Source: Gammaproteobacteria bacterium
Lineage (GTDB): Bacteria > Pseudomonadota > Gammaproteobacteria > Ga0077536
Assembly (NCBI GenBank): GCA_963662545.2
Contig: CAXXLL010000003.1
Location: 1,088,001-1,152,000 of the forward strand
Direction of reading: 5' to 3'
DNA: 64,000 bases
Positions 1 through 11,937 of the stretch are shown here, one piece after another. The notes below the pieces were generated by a model. It saw only the letters and a program-made list of their open reading frames with translations. It was not told the DNA's origin and ran no database searches. Position 1 is the stretch's first letter. Each line of letters begins with the position of its first letter. Both the position numbers and the translations under genes were made by a program.

Positions 1-58
1 CACCTCTCAGACCGCTCTCCCAATCGCCTCGCTACGATTCCCTAAGCCCGACAGGCTG

Positions 59-340
59 CTAGCGAATTTCGAATCCGTCGAGCGGCACCTCCTGACTGGT
101 TTCGGTAGCGACGCCGGAAACCTTCGCGTGCGCCGTTCCCGCTGCAAGCCAGCGTTCAAACTCCGCGAGGGCATCGATGCTGCCGCTGGCGAGCGTCTCG
201 ACACGCCCGTCCGGAAGATTTTTGATCCAACCGTGAAGCCCCAACCGACGGGCGACCTCGCGCGCAGAGGCCCGATAATAAACGCCCTGCACGCGTCCAG
301 TGATCCAGAATTTCTTACAAGCCTTGCGCGGTGATGACAT
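59..340 (-). CDS. acyP: acylphosphatase
   Basis: GRVQGVYYR and GWIKNLPDGRVE signature motifs, 93 aa. Confidence 0.93.
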   Translation of the reverse strand: MSSPRKACKKFWITGRVQGVYYRASAREVARRLGLHGWIKNLPDGRVETLASGSIDALAEFERWLAAGTAHAKVSGVATETSQEVPLDGFEIR

Positions 341-507
341 CGCCTAACCGGCGTATTGTACGAAGGACGGCCGCTGCCGGCTGAGGGCAGGTATGTCAGC
401 GATGGTACATATTGCGGCTTGCTCAAACATCTTCGAATGGCCTGATTAATCCTGTTAGCTCAACAACTTCGTCTCGGCGCTGCGGCCGCCCTCGTGCAAT
501 AGGCGGG

Positions 508-1767
508 CTAGAAGGCCTTGACCTGCGACGCATCCACCTTGGACCCCGACTTCTTCACCGGCGCAGACAACATATCCGCCAACGGAACGGTCAACGAAGC
601 CTCCGACCAATTTCCGAGTTCGGTTAGTTTCGCCTGCAACTGATCGTCAGCCTCGTCGATGGCCATCGAGCGCACGTTCTCGAGCGGTGCGAAGCTCGGC
701 ACGAGCCGCAGCAGGTCGAGGAGCGTAACCCGATGAAGATCCCTCATCAGCACCCATAGAAAAGCGTCGTTGCGGCTGATCCAGGCGGCACGATCCAGTG
801 TTTCCAATGACGTATTGATTGCGTCGTAACCGAGATCGGACTCCTGGTGCAATAATTCCTTTTCGGACGTTCCACGTCCGTCGAGTTGCGCTTCGTACAG
901 CCGCATGACTATTCGATACGCACAGTACAGGGGATCTCTTCTCGCCAGTGCACCGTGGCGCCGCGGCCGCATGGCGCTGAACGTGGTCAAACATTGGGTG
1001 ATCTCCGCGCCTAAGAGGACGATGACCCAGGACAGGTAAATCCAGATGAGGAAAATGGGGACGGTGGCGAAAGCACCGTAGATCGCTTGTTGGGACGGGA
1101 AATGAGTCACGAATAAGGCGAACAGACGCTTGGCGAGTTCGAACAGAATGCTCGCGACGACACCCCCGATCAGGGCGTGCTTGAGGGGCACTGGCCGGTA
1201 GGGAATGAGTTTGAAAAACATGGTAAACGCAATCGTCGTGGCGACTACGGGAAATGCGGCGATGAGGCGCGTCTTGATGTCCCCGGAGACGCCCGCTTCG
1301 GACAACAGCGGCAATGAGATAACGTATGAAGTCGCAACTATACTGGCGCCGATCAAAACCGGCCCCAACGTCAATACCGACCAATAAACGAGAAAGAGAA
1401 CGATCAATGGACGCTTTCTCTGGATGCCCCAGATCACATTGAAGGTCGACTCGATGGTCGACATCATCGCGAGAACCGTGATTAGCAGGACGATGATTCC
1501 GGCGGCCTGCAGGCCCTTGGCCTTGTCAGCAAACTGCAGCAGGTACAACTGAACCTGATCGCCAAGCGCAGGAACAAAATTCTTGAACACGAAGCCCTCG
1601 ATCCCCTCTCGCCATTCCTGAAATGCCGGAAAGGCGGACAGGGTGACGAATACCACGGTAAACAGCGGAACCAGGGCGAGTAATGAAGTATATGCCAGGG
1701 AGGCGGCCGCCCGGTTGCAATGATCCACTTCGAAGCGGTACTTAAGATATTTTAGAAACGCCCACAA
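508..1767 (-). CDS. yihY: YihY/virulence factor BrkB family inner membrane protein with C-terminal extension
   Basis: AASLAYTSLLALVP and IYGAFATVPIFLIWIYLSWVIVLLGAE motifs, multiple TM helices. Confidence 0.9.
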   Translation of the reverse strand: MWAFLKYLKYRFEVDHCNRAAASLAYTSLLALVPLFTVVFVTLSAFPAFQEWREGIEGFVFKNFVPALGDQVQLYLLQFADKAKGLQAAGIIVLLITVLAMMSTIESTFNVIWGIQRKRPLIVLFLVYWSVLTLGPVLIGASIVATSYVISLPLLSEAGVSGDIKTRLIAAFPVVATTIAFTMFFKLIPYRPVPLKHALIGGVVASILFELAKRLFALFVTHFPSQQAIYGAFATVPIFLIWIYLSWVIVLLGAEITQCLTTFSAMRPRRHGALARRDPLYCAYRIVMRLYEAQLDGRGTSEKELLHQESDLGYDAINTSLETLDRAAWISRNDAFLWVLMRDLHRVTLLDLLRLVPSFAPLENVRSMAIDEADDQLQAKLTELGNWSEASLTVPLADMLSAPVKKSGSKVDASQVKAF

Positions 1768-1981
1768 GCGCAGAACTTGGTCATTGGGATGGCATTGATC
1801 AAGATCAAGCCTTTTTCGGTCGATTCTTCAGGGACCATAGCGCTGTACCCGTTCATCTGCCAGGCGCGGCGCGCGCGACGCATTTCGATCGAGAATCATA
1901 CGCCACACAAGCAGGTCCGCGGTTTTCGCCTCCCTGTTAGAATTATCGCAACCCATCTCACGTTTATCCCGCATTCGTTAT

Positions 1982-2035
1982 TAGAACCTATCTCAAATTT
2001 ATTCGCGTACGTGAATAATTTTGAGATAGGTTCTA
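1982..2035. repeat. family B palindromic element, minimal 54-bp copy
   Basis: TAGAACCTATCTCAAATTTATTC ... GAATAATTTTGAGATAGGTTCTA, 23-bp arms with 1 mismatch; same arm sequence recurs at 21926 and 62560. Confidence 0.85.
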
Positions 2036-2060
2036 GATTCCCGAGCAGAGAACATGCCCT

Positions 2061-3728
<1,668 letters not shown>

Positions 3729-3732
<4 letters not shown>

Positions 3733-4808
3733 CGTCCGTAGAGTTCACTTTGAAAATATTCATCCCTGGAGTGCCGCAGCAACACGACGATTGCCGCGGC
3801 GACCGGCAGGGCAAGCAGTACCCCAAAAAAGCCGAACAACTGCCCACCGGCCATCACCGCGAAAATCACCGCCACCGGATGCAATCCGATGCGATCACCG
3901 ACCAGGATTGGCGACAATACGAACCCCTCGAGTAGTTGACCGAGGCCAAAGACGATGCTGACGCCGAGGAGATGGAATACGTCCTGGAATTGAATGAACG
4001 CGGCGAAACCCGCCACGAGGATACCGACGATCACGCCGAGGTAGGGCACGAAACTGACAATACCCGCCAGCATACCGATGAAAACCGCAAGATCGAGACC
4101 TACCATCAACAGTCCTACCGTGTAAATTGCCGCGAGGGCCGCCATCAAGGTGAGTTGTCCGCGCAAAAATTCCGCGAGCACCGCATCGATCTCACCGGCG
4201 AGCTTGGAGACAACCGGTTCGATGCGCTTCGGGAGCAGACCGTGAACCGCATCAACCAGGTGGTCCCAGTCCCGCAGGAGGTAAAACGTCACGACCGGGA
4301 TCAACAAGAGATAGGCAAGCCAACCCATCAGAAATTGTCCTGAACGACTGATATGCGATATCAGTTCGCCGACCACGGTGCCGCCCTGGCGCCAGTGATC
4401 GACGATTGCCTGACGCACCGCTGGTATGTCGAATTCGATCACATCAGCGCCCAGCACCGACGCCAGCCGAGGCGCGATCTTTTCCTGCAGCGACTCGAGT
4501 CCCTGCGGAATACCTTGGATGAGACTGGTCGCCTGTTGCTCCAGCATCGGCAGTAGTACCACCAACGACAGTAAGGCAGCGATGAACATTGCAGCGAACA
4601 CCGCGACCACGCCCAGCGCACGGCGAACACGAAATGCCTCCAATCGATCGACTAAGGGATCGCCGAGGTAGGCCAACAACGCGCTGATCAGGAAAGGCGT
4701 AAGAACCGGCGACAGCAGATACAGCAGCCATCCAGTCATCGCAAGCAGAGCCAGAATCAGCCATTTTTGCGAATCGGTCAGCGCCTGGGTATCCATCGCG
4801 GTCCTCAT
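3729..4808 (-). CDS. AI-2E family transporter (PerM-like)
   Basis: LAYLGDPLVDRLE, FYLLRDW and GLHPVAVIFAVMAGGQLFGFFGVLLALP motifs. Confidence 0.9.
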
Positions 4809-5857
4809 CAGGGCAGGAGTTTGTAGGCGTCGCTGTGGTCCGCTACCGGCGTCAGCACCTGGCCGAAAGAGATTCCCTGAGTCAACGCCGGACGCCCGCC
4901 CTGCACGTTTAATTCGAACAGGATGCGGCGATTGTCCACGCTGCGCACGAACAATCCCGTGACTGCGTCAAGGGACTCGAGGTAGTGCAGCACGCGCGCG
5001 TAATCGTCGATCGACTGCATCCCCAATACCGTCAATTCGAAACGATCGGCGCGGGCGAGCATCATGGGATCGGCGAATCGCCGCGCCAGGGCGTCACCCA
5101 GAGCATCAACCCCATCTTCGATCATGAGTTCCACAATGTCACCCTCGGCCCGCCATTCGAAACTTTCATCACCGACATGAATTTTCCAGCGAATGTCCCA
5201 AAACCCGGGCACCGATCGACGCAGGTATCCGATCAATATCGAAGGCGTTCCATAGCGGCCGGACAAGGCGAGCGCGGTGCCGGCGAGCCCTTCCCAGTCG
5301 CTGGCATAGATCAAATGCTGAGATTCCTCCACATCCATGATTGGAAGCAGTATCGGAATGCCCCGCACTTCAGCCCGGGTGAGCATGGTCTCGCCCAGGC
5401 GGCCAGGTTCGTCGCCGCCCAACATTTCGCGCGTCGTAAGCTCGTCGATGACAAGCCATGCGATCGTGTCGGGGCGCTCCTTGGCCCAAACCGATACCCC
5501 CAGCGCATCCAGTTCCTTGACCAAAGCGACCTCGTCGAACTCTGCCGCGAGCATCAAGCCGCCGCTCAAGGCCTCTAGCTCGTAACCGTATTGCAGCATC
5601 AGGCTCGAGGCATTTTTCAGCAAACCGGCGACCCCGGACCTCGTCCTTATCCGGCGGTTGCCGGTCAGCTTGACCAAAACCTGGCCGAGGGCCCGTGATG
5701 CGCCGCGGGCACGCTCGCCGTCCGATCGATCACTAACAGGTACCGCCACACGATAGAGGTTTTGTACGTCGCGTGCTTCTGTCGAAATGGAAAATACTGC
5801 GGCTTGCAACACAGCAGTCATCAGTACGACCACACGTATCACGGTAGGACCGGGCAT
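4808..5857 (-). CDS. DUF2066 family exported protein
   Basis: Signal peptide, LYRVAVPV, ALGQVLVKLTG and VWAKERP motifs; divergent from purM as in other Gammaproteobacteria. Confidence 0.8.
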   Translation of the reverse strand: MPGPTVIRVVVLMTAVLQAAVFSISTEARDVQNLYRVAVPVSDRSDGERARGASRALGQVLVKLTGNRRIRTRSGVAGLLKNASSLMLQYGYELEALSGGLMLAAEFDEVALVKELDALGVSVWAKERPDTIAWLVIDELTTREMLGGDEPGRLGETMLTRAEVRGIPILLPIMDVEESQHLIYASDWEGLAGTALALSGRYGTPSILIGYLRRSVPGFWDIRWKIHVGDESFEWRAEGDIVELMIEDGVDALGDALARRFADPMMLARADRFELTVLGMQSIDDYARVLHYLESLDAVTGLFVRSVDNRRILFELNVQGGRPALTQGISFGQVLTPVADHSDAYKLLP

Positions 5858-5958
5858 GGAGATTCACGTCGGATCATTTTAGAGGGCGCTCGAACCAAGT
5901 TGGCAGCACGCTATGACAAAGCACGAAATCAAGTCAAGGTTTACCCCTGGAAGTCGGC

Positions 5959-6124
5959 AACACTATGAAAGAAAGGCGATTTCCTATCGTTTTTCTTATA
6001 GCTTCGGCGAAAACGCGGTTTCCGCCGAGCTCCATCCATCAAGCACTTACGCGCTTGATGGATGCCGGTACATCCATGTACCGGTAACAGCCTGTCGATA
6101 AACACGGTTTTTCAACAGTCCGTT
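5959..6124. mobile_element. family C ~167-bp multi-hairpin MITE-like element, copy 1
   Basis: Shares the CGAAAACGCRGTTTCCG..GCTCCATCCATCAAGCACTT core and TTTTTC-containing right end with the copies at 40017 and 40325; four internal hairpins. Confidence 0.75.
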
Positions 6125-6142
6125 TGTGGATAGAATTCGCGA

Positions 6143-7192
6143 ATGACGAGCGGGAATAAGCGCGGCCTGTCTTACCGCGATGCCGGCGTTGACATTCGGC
6201 GCGGCGAACAATTGGTTGAACGCATTAAGCCCAGCGCCGCAAAGACGCATCGGACGGGCGTCATGGGATCGTTAGGGGGATTCGGCGGCCTATTCGACAT
6301 CCGCGCCGCCGGGTTCCGCGATCCCATCTTGGTGTCTTCCACGGACGGAGTCGGCACCAAGCTGCTACTGGCCATCGAGATGCAGCGTCATGACACCGTT
6401 GGTATCGATGTCGTCGCCATGTGCGTTAATGACGTCCTTGTCCAGGGCGCCGAGCCGCTGCTATTCCTGGATTATTTCGCAACAGGGGACCTCAGCGTCG
6501 AGACCGCAGCCACTGTCGTAGCTGGTATCGCGCGAGGCTGCAGCGCGTGCGGCACAGCGCTGTTGGGCGGTGAGACCGCGGAGATGCCCGGCATGTACCC
6601 CCCCGGTCACTACGACCTGGCCGGATTTTGCGTCGGCGCGGTTGAACGTGAAGATCTGATCGACGGCGCTCGCGTGCAAGTAGGCGACTCCCTGCTGGGG
6701 CTGGCATCGGACGGCATCCACGCCAACGGCTATTCGCTCGTCCGGGCAATCCTCAAACACAGTGACGCCAGCCTCGACGAATCGTTCGAAGGATCGAGTC
6801 TCGGTGAATGGCTGTTGCGCCCGACGCGGCTCTATGTTCGCTCAGTCCTGGACGCGCGCAAAGCCGGAGAGATTCGCGCGATTGCGCACATCACGGGCGG
6901 CGGCTTGATCGGTAACGTTCCGCGCGTTCTGCCAGCGGGATTGGCCGCCTCGATCGACCTTGACCGCTGGACCTTACCGCCGATCTTTGCGCGCTTGCAG
7001 GATGCCGGCGCGGTCGCTGCCGAAGAGATGCTGCGCACCTTTAATTGCGGTATAGGAATGGTCCTCATCGTGCCGCGCGGTGATGTGGACGCCGTTTCGC
7101 GGTCACTCGTTCAATCCGGTGAAAATGTCTTCGAGTTGGGAGAAGTCACCAAAGGCGAACATGGCGTACAGCTCGCCGGCAGCTTGCGCTGA
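6143..7192 (+). CDS. purM: phosphoribosylformylglycinamidine cyclo-ligase (AIR synthase)
   Basis: SYRDAGVDI, TDGVGTK, GGETAEMPG, AHITGGG and TFNCGIGM motifs. Confidence 0.97.
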   Translation: MTSGNKRGLSYRDAGVDIRRGEQLVERIKPSAAKTHRTGVMGSLGGFGGLFDIRAAGFRDPILVSSTDGVGTKLLLAIEMQRHDTVGIDVVAMCVNDVLVQGAEPLLFLDYFATGDLSVETAATVVAGIARGCSACGTALLGGETAEMPGMYPPGHYDLAGFCVGAVEREDLIDGARVQVGDSLLGLASDGIHANGYSLVRAILKHSDASLDESFEGSSLGEWLLRPTRLYVRSVLDARKAGEIRAIAHITGGGLIGNVPRVLPAGLAASIDLDRWTLPPIFARLQDAGAVAAEEMLRTFNCGIGMVLIVPRGDVDAVSRSLVQSGENVFELGEVTKGEHGVQLAGSLR

Positions 7193-7240
7193 TCCGGCCC
7201 ACGACGACCGTGGGTGAGAGTTCCTGGCCAGCCAATCGGT

Positions 7241-8023
7241 TCAGTCTTTGCGAACGGCGCCAAGCCCTGCTTCAACCGCCGCGAGAAATCCCCGCAGGAT
7301 CTGTACTTCGCTGTGCAGCAGGTCGGCCCGGTTCATCAGACGCCGCAATCGGCGCTCTAGCAGTTTCGGCCGTTCGGGATCGTGGTATGCCGCAACCTCC
7401 ATGACGTGGAGGATGTGCGCCTGCAAACCGTTCAATTCCTCCGCCGCGGCCGGGCGGTCGCCGCCTTTCAGCTCGATGTGACGGGGCGCCGGCTCAGCCG
7501 ACGGGTCGGCAGCCAGATGCAGTTCGTAGGCGAGGATTTGAACCGCTTGCGCCAAATTGAGCGAGCGAAACCGATCGACCGTCGGGATCCAGATGGAGCG
7601 CTGACAGCGATCAAGTTCTTCGTTGGACAAGCCCGATCGCTCACCCCCGAAAACGACGGCCGTATCGCCGGCCCTTGCTGATCGCAGGATCTCGCCGGCG
7701 GCTTCCCGCGGGGACAGAGTCGGCCACTCGATCCGACGATCGCGCGCCGTCGTGCCAAACGCAAGTCCACAACCTTCTAGCGCCTGGTCCAAGGATTCAT
7801 GAACGATTACCGCGGCCAGAATGTCATCAGCTCCGGCTGCACGGGCCGTGGCCACGGCGGAGGGAAACACAGATGGTGATACCAGGTGCAGGTGCGCGAG
7901 ACCCATTGCTTTCATCGCACGTGCGCTCGCGCCGATGTTGCCCGGATGAGTGGTGCCGACGAGCACGACACGCACGCCGTTTAATACCCCATCCGGGCTT
8001 GATGATTTTCGTGCTTGGCCCAA
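7241..8023 (-). CDS. trmJ: tRNA (cytidine32/uridine32-2'-O)-methyltransferase, SPOUT family
   Basis: TTHPGNIGASARAMKAMG, VFGGERSGLSNEEL, SLNLAQAVQ; divergent from suhB. Confidence 0.93.
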   Translation of the reverse strand: MGQARKSSSPDGVLNGVRVVLVGTTHPGNIGASARAMKAMGLAHLHLVSPSVFPSAVATARAAGADDILAAVIVHESLDQALEGCGLAFGTTARDRRIEWPTLSPREAAGEILRSARAGDTAVVFGGERSGLSNEELDRCQRSIWIPTVDRFRSLNLAQAVQILAYELHLAADPSAEPAPRHIELKGGDRPAAAEELNGLQAHILHVMEVAAYHDPERPKLLERRLRRLMNRADLLHSEVQILRGFLAAVEAGLGAVRKD

Positions 8024-8079
8024 GGAGTGCCGCCGTTGATCAGGTAGAATCCCGCCTATTCTAATCGCCGGATCGTCGC

Positions 8080-8880
8080 ATGCACCCCATGCTCAACATC
8101 GCAGTACGCGCCGCGCGCCGCGCGGGCACCATCATCGTGCAGAGTCAGCGGCGGCTCGACGAAGTCAAATTCGAGCGCAAGGGCCACCACGACTACGTTT
8201 CGCAAGTCGACCGGGATGCCGAGTCGGCGATCGTCGATACCTTGAGCACCGCTTTTCCGGACCACCAGATACTCGCCGAGGAATCGGGAAGCTCGGGGCA
8301 GTCAGACCACGTATGGATCATCGATCCCCTCGACGGCACCTTGAATTTCCTGCACGGCTACCCGCAGTTTGCCGTATCGATCGCTTTGACCGTCAAGGGA
8401 CGCCTGGATCAAGCCGTGGTTTACGACCCGATGCGTGACGAGCTTTTCACCGCCAGCCGCGGCGCCGGTGCCCAGTTAAATGGACGCCGCATACGGGTTA
8501 CGAAGTGCCTGCAGCTGGACGATGCATTGCTGGCGACCGGTTTTGCCGTCAGGCGCAAGTCCGAAATGCGCGCCTGCCTGGATTCATTAGGCCACATGCT
8601 GGGTCATTGCGCAGACGTGCGCCGGGCCGGCGCTGCCGCGCTCGATCTCGCCTACGTCGCCTGCGCACGTCTGGATGGATTTTGGGAATTCGGATTGAAA
8701 CCTTGGGACGTCGCCGCGGGAAGTTTGCTCATTCAGGAATCCGGCGGCCTGGTGGGCGATACCGAAGGCGGCGAGGCGCATGTGGAACGCGGCGACATCG
8801 TCGCCGCCAATCCGAAATTGTTCCGCCAAATCCTCACGGTTCTTGCGCACCAGCGCTCCGCCCCAACGGCTTTCACATGA
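8080..8880 (+). CDS. suhB: inositol-1-monophosphatase / Nus factor SuhB
   Basis: MHPMLNIAVRAARRAG, WIIDPLDGT and WDVAAG motifs. Confidence 0.96.
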   Translation: MHPMLNIAVRAARRAGTIIVQSQRRLDEVKFERKGHHDYVSQVDRDAESAIVDTLSTAFPDHQILAEESGSSGQSDHVWIIDPLDGTLNFLHGYPQFAVSIALTVKGRLDQAVVYDPMRDELFTASRGAGAQLNGRRIRVTKCLQLDDALLATGFAVRRKSEMRACLDSLGHMLGHCADVRRAGAAALDLAYVACARLDGFWEFGLKPWDVAAGSLLIQESGGLVGDTEGGEAHVERGDIVAANPKLFRQILTVLAHQRSAPTAFT

Positions 8881-9004
8881 GTACGTCAGTACCCGCAACA
8901 GGCTTTACGGCACTTTTGACCTATCTCAATAGGGCACGCGATTAACGGAGATTTCCACCAGCCTGCGCAACGATCATGGCGGCTCTTAGGATTGTGCACA
9001 TCAA

Positions 9005-9940
9005 ATGAACGATTCGGTCAGTATCATTCTCCCCGCGAAAGACGAAGCCGAGAATCTGCGGGTGCTGTTGCCGGAGATCCGGCGTCTACACCCGGATGCA
9101 GAGGTGATCGTCGTCGATGACGGCAGCACCGATGATACCGCGCAAATATGCGTGGAATTCGGCGCGCGGCGTGTTGCTCACCCCTACCCCATGGGCAATG
9201 GTGCCGCCGTGAAAACCGGTGCCCGGCATGCCGAGGGAGACATCCTCGTTTTCATGGACGCGGACGGACAGCATGATCCGGGCGTCATCGGATCGCTGAT
9301 CGAAAAACTTGAGCTCGGATATGACATGGCGGTCGGTGCAAGATCATGGAACACGCATGCTTCGCTTGGTCGGCGCCTCGCAAACTACACCTATAACCGG
9401 ATGGCTTCTTATATGACCGGCCGCCGGATAGACGACCTGACCTCCGGATTCCGTGCCGCGCGGGCGCGACATTTCCGCCGCTTTTTGTATCTGTTTCCAA
9501 ACGGTTTCTCGTATCCGACAACCTGCACGATGGCGTTTTTCCGCTCCGGGCTGCCCGTTGCATATGTTCCCATAGACGCACGTCCGCGCGGCGGACGCAG
9601 TCATGTCAAGATCATCGAGGATGGGCTTCGCTTCGTGATGATCATCGTCAAGATTGGAGCATTGTTCTCACCGATGCGCCTGTTTCTACCGGTGAGCCTG
9701 CTCCTGTTCGCCACCGGCGCTGGTTATTACGCCTACACCTACACCTTATTTAACCGGTTCACTAACATGTCCGCCCTGGTGCTCCTGTCCGCACTCATGA
9801 TCCTCCTGATCGGCGTACTGGCCGAACTGGTTTCGGCCCTGCATTACAAGGACGCAGATTTTGAACGGCGCCTGGTCAGTAGGCAGCCCGAAAGGTCTGA
9901 TCACGGGAAAGAGGAGCGTCCCCGGAACGATTCACACTGA
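9005..9940 (+). CDS. GT2 family polyprenol-phosphate glycosyltransferase (DPM1/GtrB-like) with two C-terminal TM helices
   Basis: VVDDGSTD, GNGAAVKTG, FMDADGQHDP (DxD) and DLTSGFRA motifs; hydrophobic C-terminus. Confidence 0.85.
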   Translation: MNDSVSIILPAKDEAENLRVLLPEIRRLHPDAEVIVVDDGSTDDTAQICVEFGARRVAHPYPMGNGAAVKTGARHAEGDILVFMDADGQHDPGVIGSLIEKLELGYDMAVGARSWNTHASLGRRLANYTYNRMASYMTGRRIDDLTSGFRAARARHFRRFLYLFPNGFSYPTTCTMAFFRSGLPVAYVPIDARPRGGRSHVKIIEDGLRFVMIIVKIGALFSPMRLFLPVSLLLFATGAGYYAYTYTLFNRFTNMSALVLLSALMILLIGVLAELVSALHYKDADFERRLVSRQPERSDHGKEERPRNDSH

Positions 9941-10059
9941 GCCAGGTTCGCGACGCGAAGGATGTCAATTGAGTCGGCCACGCACGGGTCGTTCAAGCCG
10001 CATTTCTCGCCCTGCGCGCTACGATCGATAGAAGTCGCGCCGAGCCCTCTTTATTCTTT

Positions 10060-11937
10060 TCACGGATCGATTATTTCCGCGACTGCTGCGTCGATGCCCG
10101 AGTAATCGCGACGGACGGCGGCGGCCCTTTTTCTCGCTTCAAGTAAAAAGCTTCGCGCCGCGTCCAGATCACGCGCGTCGGCGGCCCATTCGGCAAGCAG
10201 ATACCAAGGAAACGGATCAAAGGGATCGCCCGCGGTTGCATTTTTGATCATTTCGCGAGCAATCCGACTGTCGCCCAGCCGATGACGCAGAAGGGCAGCG
10301 TAGATGCTGGATCGATATCCGAGTGCTGCTGGAATCGGCCGCTCGGCCGCCGCCTGCAGGGCTAGACTCAAGTGCTCCTGGTTCAGGAAGCAGTGTCCGT
10401 CGAGAGTCTGGCCCGCCAGAAAAATGAGCGTGTCGACGGTGAAGTTGCTCAAAATTCGCGTTTCACCGACAGCATCGAACACGCGGGCGGCATCGGTGCC
10501 GACGGTGCCGTCGCGCGCGCAATGTACGCGTAATCCGTGAACTGCTAAAGCGATCGATTCCGCTCCATCCAGGGTCGCTAGCGCGGCGGAAAAATCGCCG
10601 CGCACGGTTTGCCATTCTGCCAGCGTGACGCGCGCGCGAACCGACGTGGGGTGGGCCTGCAAGGATGCTCGATAGAGCCCACCCTCCTCGCCCCAGAGTT
10701 GTGCGCGAAGCGAGGTCGCGCCGGCGAAAACCACTACGATGGCCATTCCGGCGAGTGCCGCGAGTCTGCGCTTTTCGATCTTGACCGCCACGCCACACCC
10801 GATTAAGACGATGCCCGCCGAAGGTAGATAGTTGCGATGCTCGACCATCAGTTCAAGCCCGAACAGCGTCGATTCGAGCGCCTGGCCGACGAAGAACAGG
10901 AGGATGCCGAGGGCGACGAGGGGCGCCCGCACCCGCAGCAAGTATGCCCCCGCAATCATCAAGGTGAGCACCGCGACGGCAGCGATGGTATCGGGTTCGC
11001 CGATGAAGGATTGAGAGACCCGGATGTCGTCGTGATAGAAACCCATATCGCCCTGCCGGGGCACAATGATCCATTGCAGGTAGCTGACGAGGACGCGCGC
11101 CTGGGTCAGGAGGCGCTCGAGGAGTGTGAAGTCGCGGATCGCGTAAGCGCCGAGGACATGCTTCTCGACATCGCTCAATATGCACGCCGCGGCCACACCG
11201 TAGGGCACCAGCAAGCCGGCGACGAAAACCCACACGAGCCAGTGCGGCCGCGCGTGTCTGGAACTAGCGAACACGGTCCATTCGATCGCCGCCAAGAACA
11301 GCGGCAGCAATAACCCGGTCTCCTTGGACAGCGCCGCCAGCGGTGTGAATACGAAGAACGCCGAACAGATGGCGAAACCGTGACGCCTTCCTCCCGTATA
11401 AGCGATCCGGCCCCGCACGTAGGCAAGCATACCGAGCACACAGAACAGGGCGGACAGCTGGGTCATGCGTTGTACCGTGTACATCACCGTGCTCACGTGC
11501 AGTGGGTGAATCAGCCATATCAGCGCACCGAATAAGGCCACGGCGCGCGCGCTCCGCACGGTGCTTCCGCAGGCATAAAACAGCTCCGTGAAAAGCGCGA
11601 ACAGCGCGACTCCAATCGCCATATGAATCAGGGCGTTGGTTGCTTTCCAGTACCACAGTCCATCGCCGTTGAGTGCTGCGTTCGCAGCGAAAGTCACCAT
11701 CGCTAGGGGACGTCCTAACGGACCGCTGTCACTGAACAGGTAGGTCAACCACCCATGATCCGCCGCGCCCCGCTCGAGCAGCGGCGCCAACACCGTGGTG
11801 TCGTCGAGTAGGAGCGGACCGGACAAGGCGGGTAGGTAGAGTACGAAACAAAGCGCGCACCCGAGCGCCAAGCCGCAAGCTGCTTCGCCGGTTTTCGAGG
11901 CGCACGGCGGGCCAGCGTCGACCCTAGGGCTAGGCAT
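10060..11937 (-). CDS. TMTC/TfpW-like GT-C membrane glycosyltransferase with C-terminal TPR-like domain, paralog 2 (start 11937 or 11952)
   Basis: LLLDD after TM1, PLGRPLAM, HPLHVSTVMYTVQRMTQL, SKETG, EHRNYLPS; many TM segments, then an Ala-rich helical C-terminus. Confidence 0.8.
   Translation of the reverse strand: MPSPRVDAGPPCASKTGEAACGLALGCALCFVLYLPALSGPLLLDDTTVLAPLLERGAADHGWLTYLFSDSGPLGRPLAMVTFAANAALNGDGLWYWKATNALIHMAIGVALFALFTELFYACGSTVRSARAVALFGALIWLIHPLHVSTVMYTVQRMTQLSALFCVLGMLAYVRGRIAYTGGRRHGFAICSAFFVFTPLAALSKETGLLLPLFLAAIEWTVFASSRHARPHWLVWVFVAGLLVPYGVAAACILSDVEKHVLGAYAIRDFTLLERLLTQARVLVSYLQWIIVPRQGDMGFYHDDIRVSQSFIGEPDTIAAVAVLTLMIAGAYLLRVRAPLVALGILLFFVGQALESTLFGLELMVEHRNYLPSAGIVLIGCGVAVKIEKRRLAALAGMAIVVVFAGATSLRAQLWGEEGGLYRASLQAHPTSVRARVTLAEWQTVRGDFSAALATLDGAESIALAVHGLRVHCARDGTVGTDAARVFDAVGETRILSNFTVDTLIFLAGQTLDGHCFLNQEHLSLALQAAAERPIPAALGYRSSIYAALLRHRLGDSRIAREMIKNATAGDPFDPFPWYLLAEWAADARDLDAARSFLLEARKRAAAVRRDYSGIDAAVAEIIDP

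Noticed and set aside
6124-6133. DnaA-box-like TGTGGATAG near the purM / hda operon promoters
   Set aside because: A single site with one mismatch, which is expected by chance
8855-8935. Possible very degenerate family B or C remnant at the suhB 3' end (GTACCCGCAACAGGCT, GACCTATCTCAA)
   Set aside because: Only short patches match and the family assignment is ambiguous; needs a profile search
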